From positions 1 to 64,000 of the forward strand of contig CBDVDH010000011.1 in NCBI GenBank assembly GCA_965372715.1: DNA of 64,000 nt. The letters run 5' to 3'. Numbering within the stretch: position 1 is the stretch's first letter; each line of letters opens with the position of its first letter. Source of the DNA: an uncultured bacterium. Lineage in GTDB: Bacteria; B130-G9. Below the pieces are notes generated by a model that saw nothing but the letters and a program-made list of their open reading frames with translations, did not search any database and was not told where the DNA came from. The position numbers and the translations under genes are program-made. Positions 19,417 through 29,493 of this stretch are shown here, piece by piece.

Positions 19417-21036
19417 ATGGTCAAGAAGAAGAGACCCCAAATCGCGTCAAACATCGATCTGTTTGAGGGGCTGAAAAAGCATCTTGCGGAGCATTTTGAG
19501 ACGATACAAGAGCCGGGAATAGTCCGCCCATGTATTATCGTTGTTGATCGATCTAATCCGCCCGTTTGGCTCCAGCCAGTTACCACTTTCCCTAAGGACC
19601 CACAGAAGCCAAAAGAGCTGGGAAGGCTTCAGTTTTGGCGCGCATCATCGAACCGAATCGACTGGGATTCGGAGCACTTGAAGTTGATCAATGGGGGCGC
19701 GAGGGCGCTTCATGGCGCGCTTTTCCCGAATGCTCCGCCGATGGAGAATGAGCGAAAGCACGGCAGCTTGGTCCTGGTGTTCACCTTCGACCTTGCGAAA
19801 TGGCGGCCTCCCCGAGGGCGTGAATATGACTGGGCGCGCGGACGTTTTGAGTGCTACTGCCGTCGATGCGGACAGTTCTTTTTGGGGGGTCACAAGAGAG
19901 ATAATCATTGTTCACAATGCAGACGATACAACTCAAAATATGTCAAAGGAGGGACTCAAATGGCAATCTTCAAGCGCAAGACGAAGGACGGCAGTTTCCT
20001 CTATTATGTCTCATACCGCGACCCCTCTGGTTGCTGGAGACGTGAATCGACGCGCCTGAGCAACCTCAAGGCCGCTGAGCGATTTCTTGAGGCCCGCAAA
20101 ACCGCCGTAGCTGAGGGCCGGTTCCTCGATGTCAAGGACAAGGCCCGGATAACGTTTGCGGAGCTAGCGAAGGATTATCTCAACTATGCGCGCCAGGCCG
20201 GTCGCAGCCCCGAGCGCGCCGAATATGCGCTCAAGCCGTTGCTTATCTTCTTTGGCGCGAACACCCTCGCCTCGGAGATCAAGCGCGCGAACGTTGAGGA
20301 CTATCGGGATAGCCGGTCGCAAGAGGTCAAGCCTGGGACGGTTTTCCGAGAACTGACTACGCTGCGAGCCTTGTTCAATCGAGGCGTCGAGCGTGACCTG
20401 TTACCTGGCAACCCAGCGGCCCGGATCCGAATGCCCAAGCTGAAGGGCCGTCAACGGCTCCTGTCCCAGGATGAGATTGAGGCGCTTCTGAGGGCTTGCC
20501 AGTCAAGTAAGGCGAAGTACCTCTATGATGCTGTCAAGTTGTGTCTCCTGACTGGTCTGCGAAAGTCCGAACTGCTTTGGCTCCGCTGGGCCGATCTTGA
20601 CTTGAAGGACCGGGTCCTGGTCGTTGAACACGGCAAGGGAGACAAGCAGCGCATGATCCCGCTGTGTGAACAAGCTGTCGAACTACTGAGGCGCCTGGCG
20701 AGGGATTCCGAGTTCGTTATCAATGACCAGGGCCGTCAGATCAAGAGCATCCGCCGGTCCTTCAACTACGCAGTAAAGAAGACCCAGTTGCCCGATGTCG
20801 TCTTTCACGATCTCAGACACCAGTTCGGCTCGATGCTGGCAGCCTCGGGGGCCGATCCGTTTTCAATCAGAGCGCTTCTCGGACACTCGGACCTGAAAAC
20901 CTCGATGATCTATGTCCACCTCAGCGGCGGCAAGCTGCGCCGCGCGGTGGAATCGCTGCCGGAATTGACCCCGAAAACGGAGGCAGTGCGCGCCTCTGAA
21001 TCGGGTCAAAATTATTCCGCGGTCGGAGGGGCCTGA
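19417..21036 (+). CDS. int: Tyrosine integrase (core probably starts at ATG 19960) with an in-frame 181-aa N-terminal Zn-ribbon region
   Basis: GLRKSEL, HGKGDK, FHDLRH and LLGHSDLKTSMIY catalytic motifs. AAGGAGG at 19946-19952 precedes ATG 19960. The upstream part has CRRC...CSQC. Confidence 0.93.
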   Translation: MVKKKRPQIASNIDLFEGLKKHLAEHFETIQEPGIVRPCIIVVDRSNPPVWLQPVTTFPKDPQKPKELGRLQFWRASSNRIDWDSEHLKLINGGARALHGALFPNAPPMENERKHGSLVLVFTFDLAKWRPPRGREYDWARGRFECYCRRCGQFFLGGHKRDNHCSQCRRYNSKYVKGGTQMAIFKRKTKDGSFLYYVSYRDPSGCWRRESTRLSNLKAAERFLEARKTAVAEGRFLDVKDKARITFAELAKDYLNYARQAGRSPERAEYALKPLLIFFGANTLASEIKRANVEDYRDSRSQEVKPGTVFRELTTLRALFNRGVERDLLPGNPAARIRMPKLKGRQRLLSQDEIEALLRACQSSKAKYLYDAVKLCLLTGLRKSELLWLRWADLDLKDRVLVVEHGKGDKQRMIPLCEQAVELLRRLARDSEFVINDQGRQIKSIRRSFNYAVKKTQLPDVVFHDLRHQFGSMLAASGADPFSIRALLGHSDLKTSMIYVHLSGGKLRRAVESLPELTPKTEAVRASESGQNYSAVGGA

Positions 21037-21120
21037 GGAAAACCCATAGCGCATATATAGCACAGTGCTTTTCTTGACTGTTGGAACAGCGGCCATATAG
21101 CGGTGGTTTGGCGTGCCGAA

Positions 21121-21172
<52 letters not shown>

Positions 21173-21255
21173 GCCATTTAGCAGTCATTCCTGGCGATTT
21201 CACCCTGAGAGTGGCCTTCTTGTGCTCTCCCATTGGCTCTGCTCGGGGCGCGGCG

Positions 21256-22104
21256 TCAGCCGGCGCGCCGCTCGGAGGCCTCGAAGAACGCCTCCTGGAC
21301 GCGCCTCGTAATGGGGCCTGGCGCGCCTGAGCCTACGGGCTTGCCGTCGAGTTTAACTACTGGCGTGACATCGACTGTTGTGCCTGCGAGCAGCAGTTCG
21401 TGGGCCTTGTGCAACTCATCCTCAAAGACGGTGCGCTCGTGGCAGGGAATACAGAGCTTGTCGCAGATCTCAAGGACGGTCTGGCGGGTGATGCCGGCGA
21501 GTATGTAGTTGCACAGCGGAGGTGTGATTAGCTCGCCCCTCGAGACAATGAAAACGTTGCTGTGCGTCCCCTCCTGCACGGCCCCATCCCTGACGAATAT
21601 CGCTTCCAGCGCCCCCGCTTCCTTGGCCTTCTGATGCGCCAGCGTGTTCGGAAGCAGGGCCACGGTCTTTATGTCGCACCTCGACCAGCGTTCGTCGGGC
21701 ACCAGGATAGCCCCCACCCCGCTCTCCAGGTCGGCATCGTTCGACGGGAATGGTCTTGCATCGGCGAACACAGTAAGAGGGGTGTCGGCTGGTGGGAACC
21801 GGTGGCTCCGAGGCGCTACGCCCCGGGTCACCTGGATATACACAATTGCGCTGTCCTTCGTCAGGCCGTTTTCGGCGATGAGCCGTTCGGCGACCTCAGG
21901 CAGCTCGCCGAACTCAGCCCTGGCGAATCGCATCTCGCGAGCATTCCGCTCCAGCCGCCGGATATGGTCCTGCGTCCTGAATAGCTTCCCATGAAAACTC
22001 CGGACCACTTCGTAGATGCCATCGGCAAACAGAAAGCCCCTGTCGTCGGGGGAGATGGCGACTTTGTCCTTATCTATGAACTCTCCGTTGAAATAAGCGA
22101 TCAT
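21256..22104 (-). CDS. dat: D-amino-acid aminotransferase (PLP fold IV)
   Basis: DRGFLFADGIYEV, CDIKT, EGTHSNVF and ILAGITR motifs. Confidence 0.88.
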   Translation of the reverse strand: MIAYFNGEFIDKDKVAISPDDRGFLFADGIYEVVRSFHGKLFRTQDHIRRLERNAREMRFARAEFGELPEVAERLIAENGLTKDSAIVYIQVTRGVAPRSHRFPPADTPLTVFADARPFPSNDADLESGVGAILVPDERWSRCDIKTVALLPNTLAHQKAKEAGALEAIFVRDGAVQEGTHSNVFIVSRGELITPPLCNYILAGITRQTVLEICDKLCIPCHERTVFEDELHKAHELLLAGTTVDVTPVVKLDGKPVGSGAPGPITRRVQEAFFEASERRAG

Positions 22105-22200
22105 TGAGCCTCCTTAATCCTCTCCGTCCAGATTTCCTCTACCGTCAAACCATTCCAGCGGGTCTGGTTGATCACGGTAATGGAAGCCCTAGTTTCCTGT

Positions 22201-22776
22201 CTATTCGGGCGAGGCAACGGCCAAGACGAGCAAGTCATTGCCAGAAGGCGTGCCCAAGACCTTCCCTTGCTGCTTCATCTCCGTCAATATCGCGTCAACT
22301 TGCATAGGTATCAGTTCATAGGCTGCCCCCGTCGAGAAGTCGACGCCGATTCCTATCAAACCTCCCAGAAGCAGATTTCCCCACACCCACCCGTTAACCG
22401 TGCGCACCAGGATCACCTCGTGAGGGAAATATCCCTCTTTCTGAAAGCGAATGATCACGCTTTTCGTCTTCCGAGGTATCTCTAAGACAAACGGGGTCTT
22501 CTCATTGATTGTCTCTTTCTTCACTATGCCAACCTTGGTAGGTCCATCGGCAGCGGTTGTCCTGAACTCAACTCTCTCTTTATCAAATTGGATTGTGACT
22601 TTGACATCAGAGGGGTCGGAATTGATAGGAATCTTCTGCTTTGAGCCACAGACAAGACTCGCGCAAGCGTGGGTCAGCAACAAGGCTACGATTATCAGAA
22701 GAAACATACAGCAAGTTGTTGAAATACGGTGAAACACAATATCCTCCTTGCGGCTCTGCTTGCGTTCGCTGTTCAT
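22201..22776 (-). CDS. Putative lipoprotein (PEGA-like)
   Basis: Lipobox-like THAC, INSDP, KEGY and WGNLLLGGLIGIGVDFSTGAAY. Confidence 0.7.
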   Translation of the reverse strand: MNSERKQSRKEDIVFHRISTTCCMFLLIIVALLLTHACASLVCGSKQKIPINSDPSDVKVTIQFDKERVEFRTTAADGPTKVGIVKKETINEKTPFVLEIPRKTKSVIIRFQKEGYFPHEVILVRTVNGWVWGNLLLGGLIGIGVDFSTGAAYELIPMQVDAILTEMKQQGKVLGTPSGNDLLVLAVASPE

Positions 22777-23062
22777 AAAGAAGTGATGGATGGTTCTCTC
22801 TTCTCCACCTTACCGCGCAAGCTACATGCCCCGCAACTATAGCGCTCGCCGCCAGACGCCGTTATTTCGCGTTGAAACGGAAGTAGGGGTCTTCTATTCT
22901 CAGGGAGCCAACGTCGTGCGTGGCCTCCACATAGCCGAGTGTCGAATCGCAATATCTTCTGCACTCTTTGCATAACGCGGTCCGGTCCCTTCGCAGGATC
23001 AGCATCGAGATGAATGGTCACTTAAGGCTCGGTTCCGCGATAGATAACTCCCCGCCTGGCCG

Positions 23063-24511
23063 CTACTTGCGCCAGAACTCGGGGACGAGGAGGATTATGA
23101 TTGTGTATATCTCGAGGCGGCCCAGGAGCATGCACCATATTAGGAGCCACTTGCCGAGGTAGGGTATGTGGGCGTAGTTCTCGACGGGGCCGACGAGGCC
23201 AAGCCCGGGGCCGATATTGCCGATTGTGGCCGCAACCGCCCCGACTGATGTTATGAGATCGACGCCCATACTTGACAGCAGGACGGCGGAAACGGCAAAC
23301 AGACCCATGTAAAGAAGGACGAACCCCAGGACGCTCCTCATGACGGCCCTGGACACGGGCTTGCCGGCGATCTTTACGTATCTGACGCCGTGGGGGTGAA
23401 CCATCGTGAAAAGCTCTTTGTAGATGTATTTGAGGCAGAGCATGATGCGGAGGCACTTCATGCCGCCTCCCGTCGAGCCGGCCGAGGCGCCGATGATCAT
23501 GCAAAGCAGGAGGATGAGCTGGGACATGGCGGGCCACTGGCCGTAGTCGGCCGTGACGTAGCCCGTGGTGGTAATGATCGAGACCACCTGAAAGGCCCCG
23601 TAGCGAAGCGCCTCGCCCAGGGTGTCATAGACGGCGCCGTAGATGTTGAGGCTGACGACGGCGATAAGGACAAGCACGGCGCCGAGGAAGAAGCGGCACT
23701 CAGCGTCCCGCCAGAAGGCCAATGGCTTGCCCCTTAGCATCTGATAATGAAGCGCGAAGTTGATGCCAGCGAGCAGCATGAAGACTATGATGACGATATC
23801 GAAGTAGAGGCTCCCAAAGTGGGCAATCGAGGCGCTCTTGGTTGAGAATCCGCCGGTGGGCATTGTTGTGAACGCATGACACACGGCGTCATAGAGGCCC
23901 ATTCCGCCTAGCATGAGGAGCCCGATTTCGGCCGCGGAAATCAGCGCATAGACCTTCCAGAGCACCATTGCGGTGTCCCTGATGCGGGGCCTGAGCTTGT
24001 CGGGGATGGGGCTTGGCACCTCGGCCTTGTAGAGCTGCATTCCGCCGACGCCCAAGAAGGGCAGGATAGCCACCGACAGGACGATGATGCCCATTCCGCC
24101 CAGCCACTGGATGAGGCTCCGCCACAGAAGAAGCCCCTTTGATACCGCCTCGATATCGGTCAGGACCGACGAGCCAGTCGTTGTGAAGCCCGAGACCGAT
24201 TCAAAGAAGGCATCGACGAAAGTATTGAACGCACCGCTAAGATAGAAGGGCAGCGCGCCGAAGAGGCCTATAGCTGTCCAGCCAATCGCCACGATCGCCA
24301 TTCCCTCGCGCTGGCTGATGTGCTCTACCCTCACGCCCCTGAAACATGCGTAAAGCAGCGCCCCGGCGATTATCGTTATTCCCATCGACGCCGAGAGGGG
24401 AATGATGCTCTGGTCCATGTAGAAAAGGCCGACCAAAAGGGGGAACATCATCGTCAGGCCCAGGAAAAGGACAAGTATCCCAACGATACAAAGGACGTAA
24501 CGCCAGCGCAT
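23063..24511 (-). CDS. trkH: Trk potassium uptake membrane protein
   Basis: FFESVSGFTTTG, QWLGGMG, GSTGGG and GRLE motifs. Confidence 0.95.
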   Translation of the reverse strand: MRWRYVLCIVGILVLFLGLTMMFPLLVGLFYMDQSIIPLSASMGITIIAGALLYACFRGVRVEHISQREGMAIVAIGWTAIGLFGALPFYLSGAFNTFVDAFFESVSGFTTTGSSVLTDIEAVSKGLLLWRSLIQWLGGMGIIVLSVAILPFLGVGGMQLYKAEVPSPIPDKLRPRIRDTAMVLWKVYALISAAEIGLLMLGGMGLYDAVCHAFTTMPTGGFSTKSASIAHFGSLYFDIVIIVFMLLAGINFALHYQMLRGKPLAFWRDAECRFFLGAVLVLIAVVSLNIYGAVYDTLGEALRYGAFQVVSIITTTGYVTADYGQWPAMSQLILLLCMIIGASAGSTGGGMKCLRIMLCLKYIYKELFTMVHPHGVRYVKIAGKPVSRAVMRSVLGFVLLYMGLFAVSAVLLSSMGVDLITSVGAVAATIGNIGPGLGLVGPVENYAHIPYLGKWLLIWCMLLGRLEIYTIIILLVPEFWRK

Positions 24512-25864
24512 CTATTTCATCGCGAGGATCTTTTCGACCTTCGGGACAGCCTGTCTTCTGGCGAACACTATGATTCTGTCGTCGGGTTCGATGACGCTGT
24601 CGCCGGAGGGGATGATCACCTTGTCGCCTCGCATTATCGCGGTAACGAGCACGCCTTTGGGGAACGAGATTTTCTTCAAGGGCTTGCCAACGATGTCCGA
24701 AGTCTCTAGGGCCACGGCCTCCATCACCTCCGCCTGTTCGCCCTTGATGGATATGGCCGATAGCACTTTGCCTCGCCGAATGTGCTGCAAGATAGTGTTT
24801 ATCGCGGAGAGGCGGGGGCTGACTACCTGTTCGAGGCCAATCGTCGTCATCAGCGGGAAGTAGCTGAACGTGCTGATCTTTGCGACGATCTTTCGCGCGC
24901 CCATCTGTTTGGCGAGCAGCGCGGCCAGGATGTTCGTCTCCTCGTCGCCCGTCAGCGTGATAACGACATCCATATCCTGTATGTTCTCTTCGCTCAAGAG
25001 CGCCTGATCGGAGCAATCGCCGTTGAGCACGACTGTTTTGTCCAGCTGTTCAGCAAGCACTTCGCATCGGTCAGGGTCCTTTTCGATTATCTTGGTCGAG
25101 ATCGACTTGTCCTCGAGTAAAGCAGCCAACCTGAAACCTATCCGCCCTCCGCCCGCGATCAGGACCCGGCGCAGCGGCTCGGCGTGCTTGTCGAAGGCGG
25201 AGAGTGTGTCCAGCAGGTTCGCCTCTTCGCTGATGAGATAGACCAGGTCGCCCGGCTTTAGCCGGTCATTGCCCCTGGGGATTATTAGCTCCTCGTCCCG
25301 AACCACGGCCGCGATAAGAGGGCTTGGTCTTCCAATCTTGGCGGAAATCTCAGAGAGGCGAACGCCAGCCAGCCGCGCCTCCTTGTCCAAGTGTATCCCG
25401 ATGAACTTGACGCGGCCGTCGGCAAACTCGCCTACGTCAACGGCTCCAGGGACGCTCATTAGCCGCTCAATGGTCTTTACAACCTCGATTTCCGGGTTGA
25501 TTATCGTGTCGATATGAGGCGGCCGATCGCGGAAAGTGTCGTGATAATTCTCGAAGTCGGCGTCCCTTATGCGGGCCAGCTTCTTGACTGACTGCGACAT
25601 TGTGTCCGCGACGAGGCACGCCGCGAGGTTCGTGTCGTCGCTGTTGGTTACCGCAAGCAGAATCTCAGCCTCTTCGATGCCCGCCTCTGTAAGGACCACA
25701 GGGCTGCTCCCAGACCCAGTTATGACCTGAACGTCTATGCTGTCCGAGACGCGCCGGATGGCCTCGGGGTCAATGTCGATTACCACAACGTCCTTGTTCT
25801 CATGGGCCAGGCGGCTTGCGATGTGAAAACCGACCTCACCCGCGCCAACGATCACGACTTTCAA
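24512..25864 (-). CDS. trkA: Trk potassium uptake NAD-binding subunit
   Basis: Two RCK domains with GAGEVG and GGGRIG. Confidence 0.95.
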   Translation of the reverse strand: MKVVIVGAGEVGFHIASRLAHENKDVVVIDIDPEAIRRVSDSIDVQVITGSGSSPVVLTEAGIEEAEILLAVTNSDDTNLAACLVADTMSQSVKKLARIRDADFENYHDTFRDRPPHIDTIINPEIEVVKTIERLMSVPGAVDVGEFADGRVKFIGIHLDKEARLAGVRLSEISAKIGRPSPLIAAVVRDEELIIPRGNDRLKPGDLVYLISEEANLLDTLSAFDKHAEPLRRVLIAGGGRIGFRLAALLEDKSISTKIIEKDPDRCEVLAEQLDKTVVLNGDCSDQALLSEENIQDMDVVITLTGDEETNILAALLAKQMGARKIVAKISTFSYFPLMTTIGLEQVVSPRLSAINTILQHIRRGKVLSAISIKGEQAEVMEAVALETSDIVGKPLKKISFPKGVLVTAIMRGDKVIIPSGDSVIEPDDRIIVFARRQAVPKVEKILAMK

Positions 25865-26057
25865 CTGGCCTACTCCCTCGTAGTTAGCACCAACTCAGGC
25901 CTAGCCTTACTATACACAATCTGATGAGTCAATTGTTGGGGATGAGGAGTTTCCCCATTGGGGGAACGGGAGAAAGGGAGAAGCGGATTGCGCGCCCAGT
26001 TGGTGCGCGGTGTCGGAAGGGGCCCAGCTAGACTATCGAATATGCAGCTGGCCTAGA

Positions 26058-27125
26058 TTACTTCCTGGGCCACATCTCGCGCGTGTATTCGATGAGCTCG
26101 TTCCCGTCCAATTCCTTCGTTGTGTTTCCACTCCTGACGTAGAAGCGCTTCCGGCTAGACTTCCTATCAATCAGGAAAGTGGGCCCGGAACCAAGCTCAA
26201 CCGTCACAACACATATCTCCCTTCCATCTTTCGTCTCTCTTCGAGGATGGACGGAGGTAAGGCAGGCGTTGCCCAAGCATTTGCCGAGGGTATTCATAAG
26301 ATGCTGCTGAAATCCATCCCAATTCGGGCGGCTTTTGAATGTGGCGTAGTCCTTATCAAGACCCAAACAGGAACCATCATCACCAATCCCTATCAGAAGG
26401 TAGCCGCCTTGCCTGATGTTCAAGAATCCTGCGACAGCTTTCGCTATTGCTTTCTCAAGGTCCGGGTTGACATTATCCAGCTTATAATCCCATCTCAGTG
26501 AGGCCTTTCGTTCCACGCATGAGCCCTCGTCCTCGGCAAGTAGTTGTTCGAGGGTCTTCGCTTCCTTGTTCGGGAAGCTGCCGGATTCCCGAGCACTTCG
26601 TTTCTCAAGATACTCCCGGCCACTGATGGTCAACGTGAATTGGTAGAGGCCCGCCGACGCAGCGATGGTTCTTCTTATGAGGCTTCTGTTCTCCAAATCT
26701 AGCAGAAAACGCCAGAACTCATCTCCGTCTCTCGTAAAAGCCATGAAATAATCAGTCAAGCGATTGACACGCACCTCGGAGCTGGAGTGCCGCTTCGCAC
26801 GATTCGCAGCCAGCTGCAAGAACCTCGTGATCCGCTCCGCCTCCGTGCTAGGGGCAAGCTTTTGAAAGGACTCAATCGTGTCAGTCTGGATTCTCAGCAA
26901 ATCCTCATCGGATTCTGCTAGCTCGCATCGCTCCCTTGCCAGTCCCGAGAGCAGATGGAGCTCACTCCTAATTGCCGCATTGCTTGTCCTGAGGTTCACC
27001 TGAGCTTGTAGAGTGATGCAATACTTGCCGCAACGGATGCAATCCACCTGCCAAACAGAAAACTTAGATAGGACCGCTATCGCTTGTCCATCACAAAGTG
27101 GGCACTTTTTTGGTGGCGTGAGCAT
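26058..27125 (-). CDS. Zn-ribbon/winged-helix protein with a C-terminal Schlafen AlbA_2 domain
   Basis: CPLC...CIRCGKY at the N-terminus. EDEGSCVERKASLRWD, AGFLN..GGYLLIGIGDDG and FYVRSGNTT at the C-terminus. The start is uncertain (27125 chosen). Confidence 0.8.
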   Translation of the reverse strand: MLTPPKKCPLCDGQAIAVLSKFSVWQVDCIRCGKYCITLQAQVNLRTSNAAIRSELHLLSGLARERCELAESDEDLLRIQTDTIESFQKLAPSTEAERITRFLQLAANRAKRHSSSEVRVNRLTDYFMAFTRDGDEFWRFLLDLENRSLIRRTIAASAGLYQFTLTISGREYLEKRSARESGSFPNKEAKTLEQLLAEDEGSCVERKASLRWDYKLDNVNPDLEKAIAKAVAGFLNIRQGGYLLIGIGDDGSCLGLDKDYATFKSRPNWDGFQQHLMNTLGKCLGNACLTSVHPRRETKDGREICVVTVELGSGPTFLIDRKSSRKRFYVRSGNTTKELDGNELIEYTREMWPRK

Positions 27126-27531
27126 ATCAACCACGTTCCATCTCCGTCCTTTGGTTCCGTTTGGGGTGTATCTGTCTAGTCCCTTAAAGAAACAACTTCC
27201 CACAGACAGACAATTCGATCAAGCTCATTTCGTGAACTGAAGAGTCACTTGGATCCGAAGAGATAACTCAATGTTGAAGGGATTCGCCAAAGATGAGAAT
27301 CGAGGGCAAATGCTTGGTCATGGGTTCACATCTCCCTCAATCGCTTTGCGATTGATGGCGGGTCGCTCAGATTGCGCAGCGATATGAGCGGCGAGGCGCG
27401 CCCTTCGCGGTGAGTAATAGCACGCTTGGGGACTGCTCCTCGCAGCCTCCTCTTCGACCTCACGCACGCAGAGGCCGCGCATACATAGCTCCCTTTCGCG
27501 GAAGACACCGAGCACTTCGGCTCTGGCTACC

Positions 27532-29193
27532 TCACGGAATGGGATAGTGATAGCCCATATCCACCGTGCCCGTATCCGGTGTCTCGTCGGCCTGCGTCGT
27601 GCGATCAGAAAGGCCGGCCTCGGCCGCTGATTGGCTCCCGGCGTCTATGCACGGACTATCGGGATGCAGGTAGTATTCCCCCAAAGGCCCGACAACAAAC
27701 ATGGGGTCGTCGTGGATATTGCCGATGCCGCCATCAGAGTCCTCGATGCAGCAGTAGGTTGCTGAACACCCATACAGGTCATCCCCATTCGCCCAGATGA
27801 TGCAGTCGATTACTGTCGGCGAACTATCCCAGTCTTGGTATATCCCTCCGCCATGCGGTGCCAAGTTTCCGGAGATAGTGTTGTTTGAGATTCTGGGTGA
27901 AGAAGTCTCGTGGCAGGATATCCCACCACCACGGCCTGCCGAGTTCCCCGTGATAATGTTGTTCTCAATGTATGCTGAACTCGTGTCGCAATGTATCCCA
28001 CCACCATCGTAAGTAGCCGAGTTCTCCCTAATCGTGTTGTTCTCAATAGTCGGCGAACTCTTCGAGCAGGATATCCCACCACCACATTGCGCCACGTTAC
28101 CCAAGATAGTGTTGTCTGAGATTATTGGTGAGTTTCCGAAACAGTAGATCCCACCACCACGGGCTGCCGAGTTCCCCGTGATAATGTTGTTCTCTATGGT
28201 AAGCGGGCCACCCACTGTGCAGGATATCCCACCACCACGGGCTGCCGAGTTCCCCGCGATCGTGTTGTTTGAGATTGCCAGGGACGAAGCATTAGAGGAT
28301 ATCCCACCACCCACGCCATCTACCAAGTTACCGGCGATGATGTTATTCTGTATTGTTAGTGAACTCTGGAGTGCATATATACCACCACCGCCTCCTGACG
28401 AGCTGGCGCCAGTTATCGTGAAGCCTTTGATGGTCATGATGGTCAAACCACGAATCCCTGCGCAGTAGATAACGTGGCGTGCATCCTGCTCTGCGTCCAG
28501 AATCGTGCTATCAGCGCCTTCTCCTGAAAGGGTAAGGGATACATAGTCCTTCATGCTCAGCGGGAACGTCTCGCCGTTGGTTGAGGCGGAGTAGGTGCCG
28601 GCTGCCACGTGGATGGTCACAGGATTCGCCTCGGAACTCTCCACGGAGGCGAGCGCATGAGTTATCGTTTTCCACGGGAAGCCTTCAGACCCGTCGTTGT
28701 CATCGTCACCGGCTTGCGCGTCAACGTAATAATGCGATGCAGGTGAGGCGCCAACTGTGAATGGGGCCGAACTCAGGTCGCTTACCCACTGCATCGTGCC
28801 CGCTCGCGTGAGAACGGCCGCGAAGTTATAGTCCCCCTCATCGCTTATGGGAGGCATTGAGCAAGGCACGTCAAACCAGAAGAAGGGTGTCCGATTCATA
28901 TTGAATGAACTCGGTACATAGATCTCTGGAATCCACGCCTCAAGGTTCCCCGACCAGCCGTTCTGGCCATAAGGGCTAAGGGTATAGAGCCCGCCGTCAG
29001 GCGTCAGCAAACCGACATACACGTCAACGGACATCCCGGCGTTGAGGTTCTGAGCGGATAGGCTCACCTCGATCGCATCGCCGGACTGATACGTCTCGGC
29101 GTCCGTGTAGATGGTGATTGATGGCCCAGCGATCGCCGCGACCGACAGCAACGCAACGACCCCAAGGATGATGCATGCAACTGCTGTTCTCAT
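27532..29193 (-). CDS. Secreted DUF1565/right-handed beta-helix protein
   Basis: Signal peptide, YYVD..GDD..DGS...PWKTITHAL, GETFPL, GGGI repeats and terminal DMGYHYP. Confidence 0.88.
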   Translation of the reverse strand: MRTAVACIILGVVALLSVAAIAGPSITIYTDAETYQSGDAIEVSLSAQNLNAGMSVDVYVGLLTPDGGLYTLSPYGQNGWSGNLEAWIPEIYVPSSFNMNRTPFFWFDVPCSMPPISDEGDYNFAAVLTRAGTMQWVSDLSSAPFTVGASPASHYYVDAQAGDDDNDGSEGFPWKTITHALASVESSEANPVTIHVAAGTYSASTNGETFPLSMKDYVSLTLSGEGADSTILDAEQDARHVIYCAGIRGLTIMTIKGFTITGASSSGGGGGIYALQSSLTIQNNIIAGNLVDGVGGGISSNASSLAISNNTIAGNSAARGGGISCTVGGPLTIENNIITGNSAARGGGIYCFGNSPIISDNTILGNVAQCGGGISCSKSSPTIENNTIRENSATYDGGGIHCDTSSAYIENNIITGNSAGRGGGISCHETSSPRISNNTISGNLAPHGGGIYQDWDSSPTVIDCIIWANGDDLYGCSATYCCIEDSDGGIGNIHDDPMFVVGPLGEYYLHPDSPCIDAGSQSAAEAGLSDRTTQADETPDTGTVDMGYHYPIP

Positions 29194-29493
29194 GTCTTCC
29201 CCTATCCTGTTTCAGTAGTAGATTAACTGACTGATAGTCAGTCTATGTATATCACAACCTTCCCGTTTTGGATAGACAATCCCGGCGGAGCCGTGCGGTT
29301 GGTGGTTGCGGCCTCCGAGCGGTAAGTTGCCGATTCTTTCCGGGAGATGTGTGTTTTCCTGACGGCAATGACATCGGAGGGCGGCTCTTGAGCCGCCCCT
29401 ACCGCACATCGGCAGCCCCTACAACATATCGGCAGGCTGGAAAGCCCGCCCCACACCGCCAACGAAAACCGGTAGGCTGGACAGGCCGAGGAT

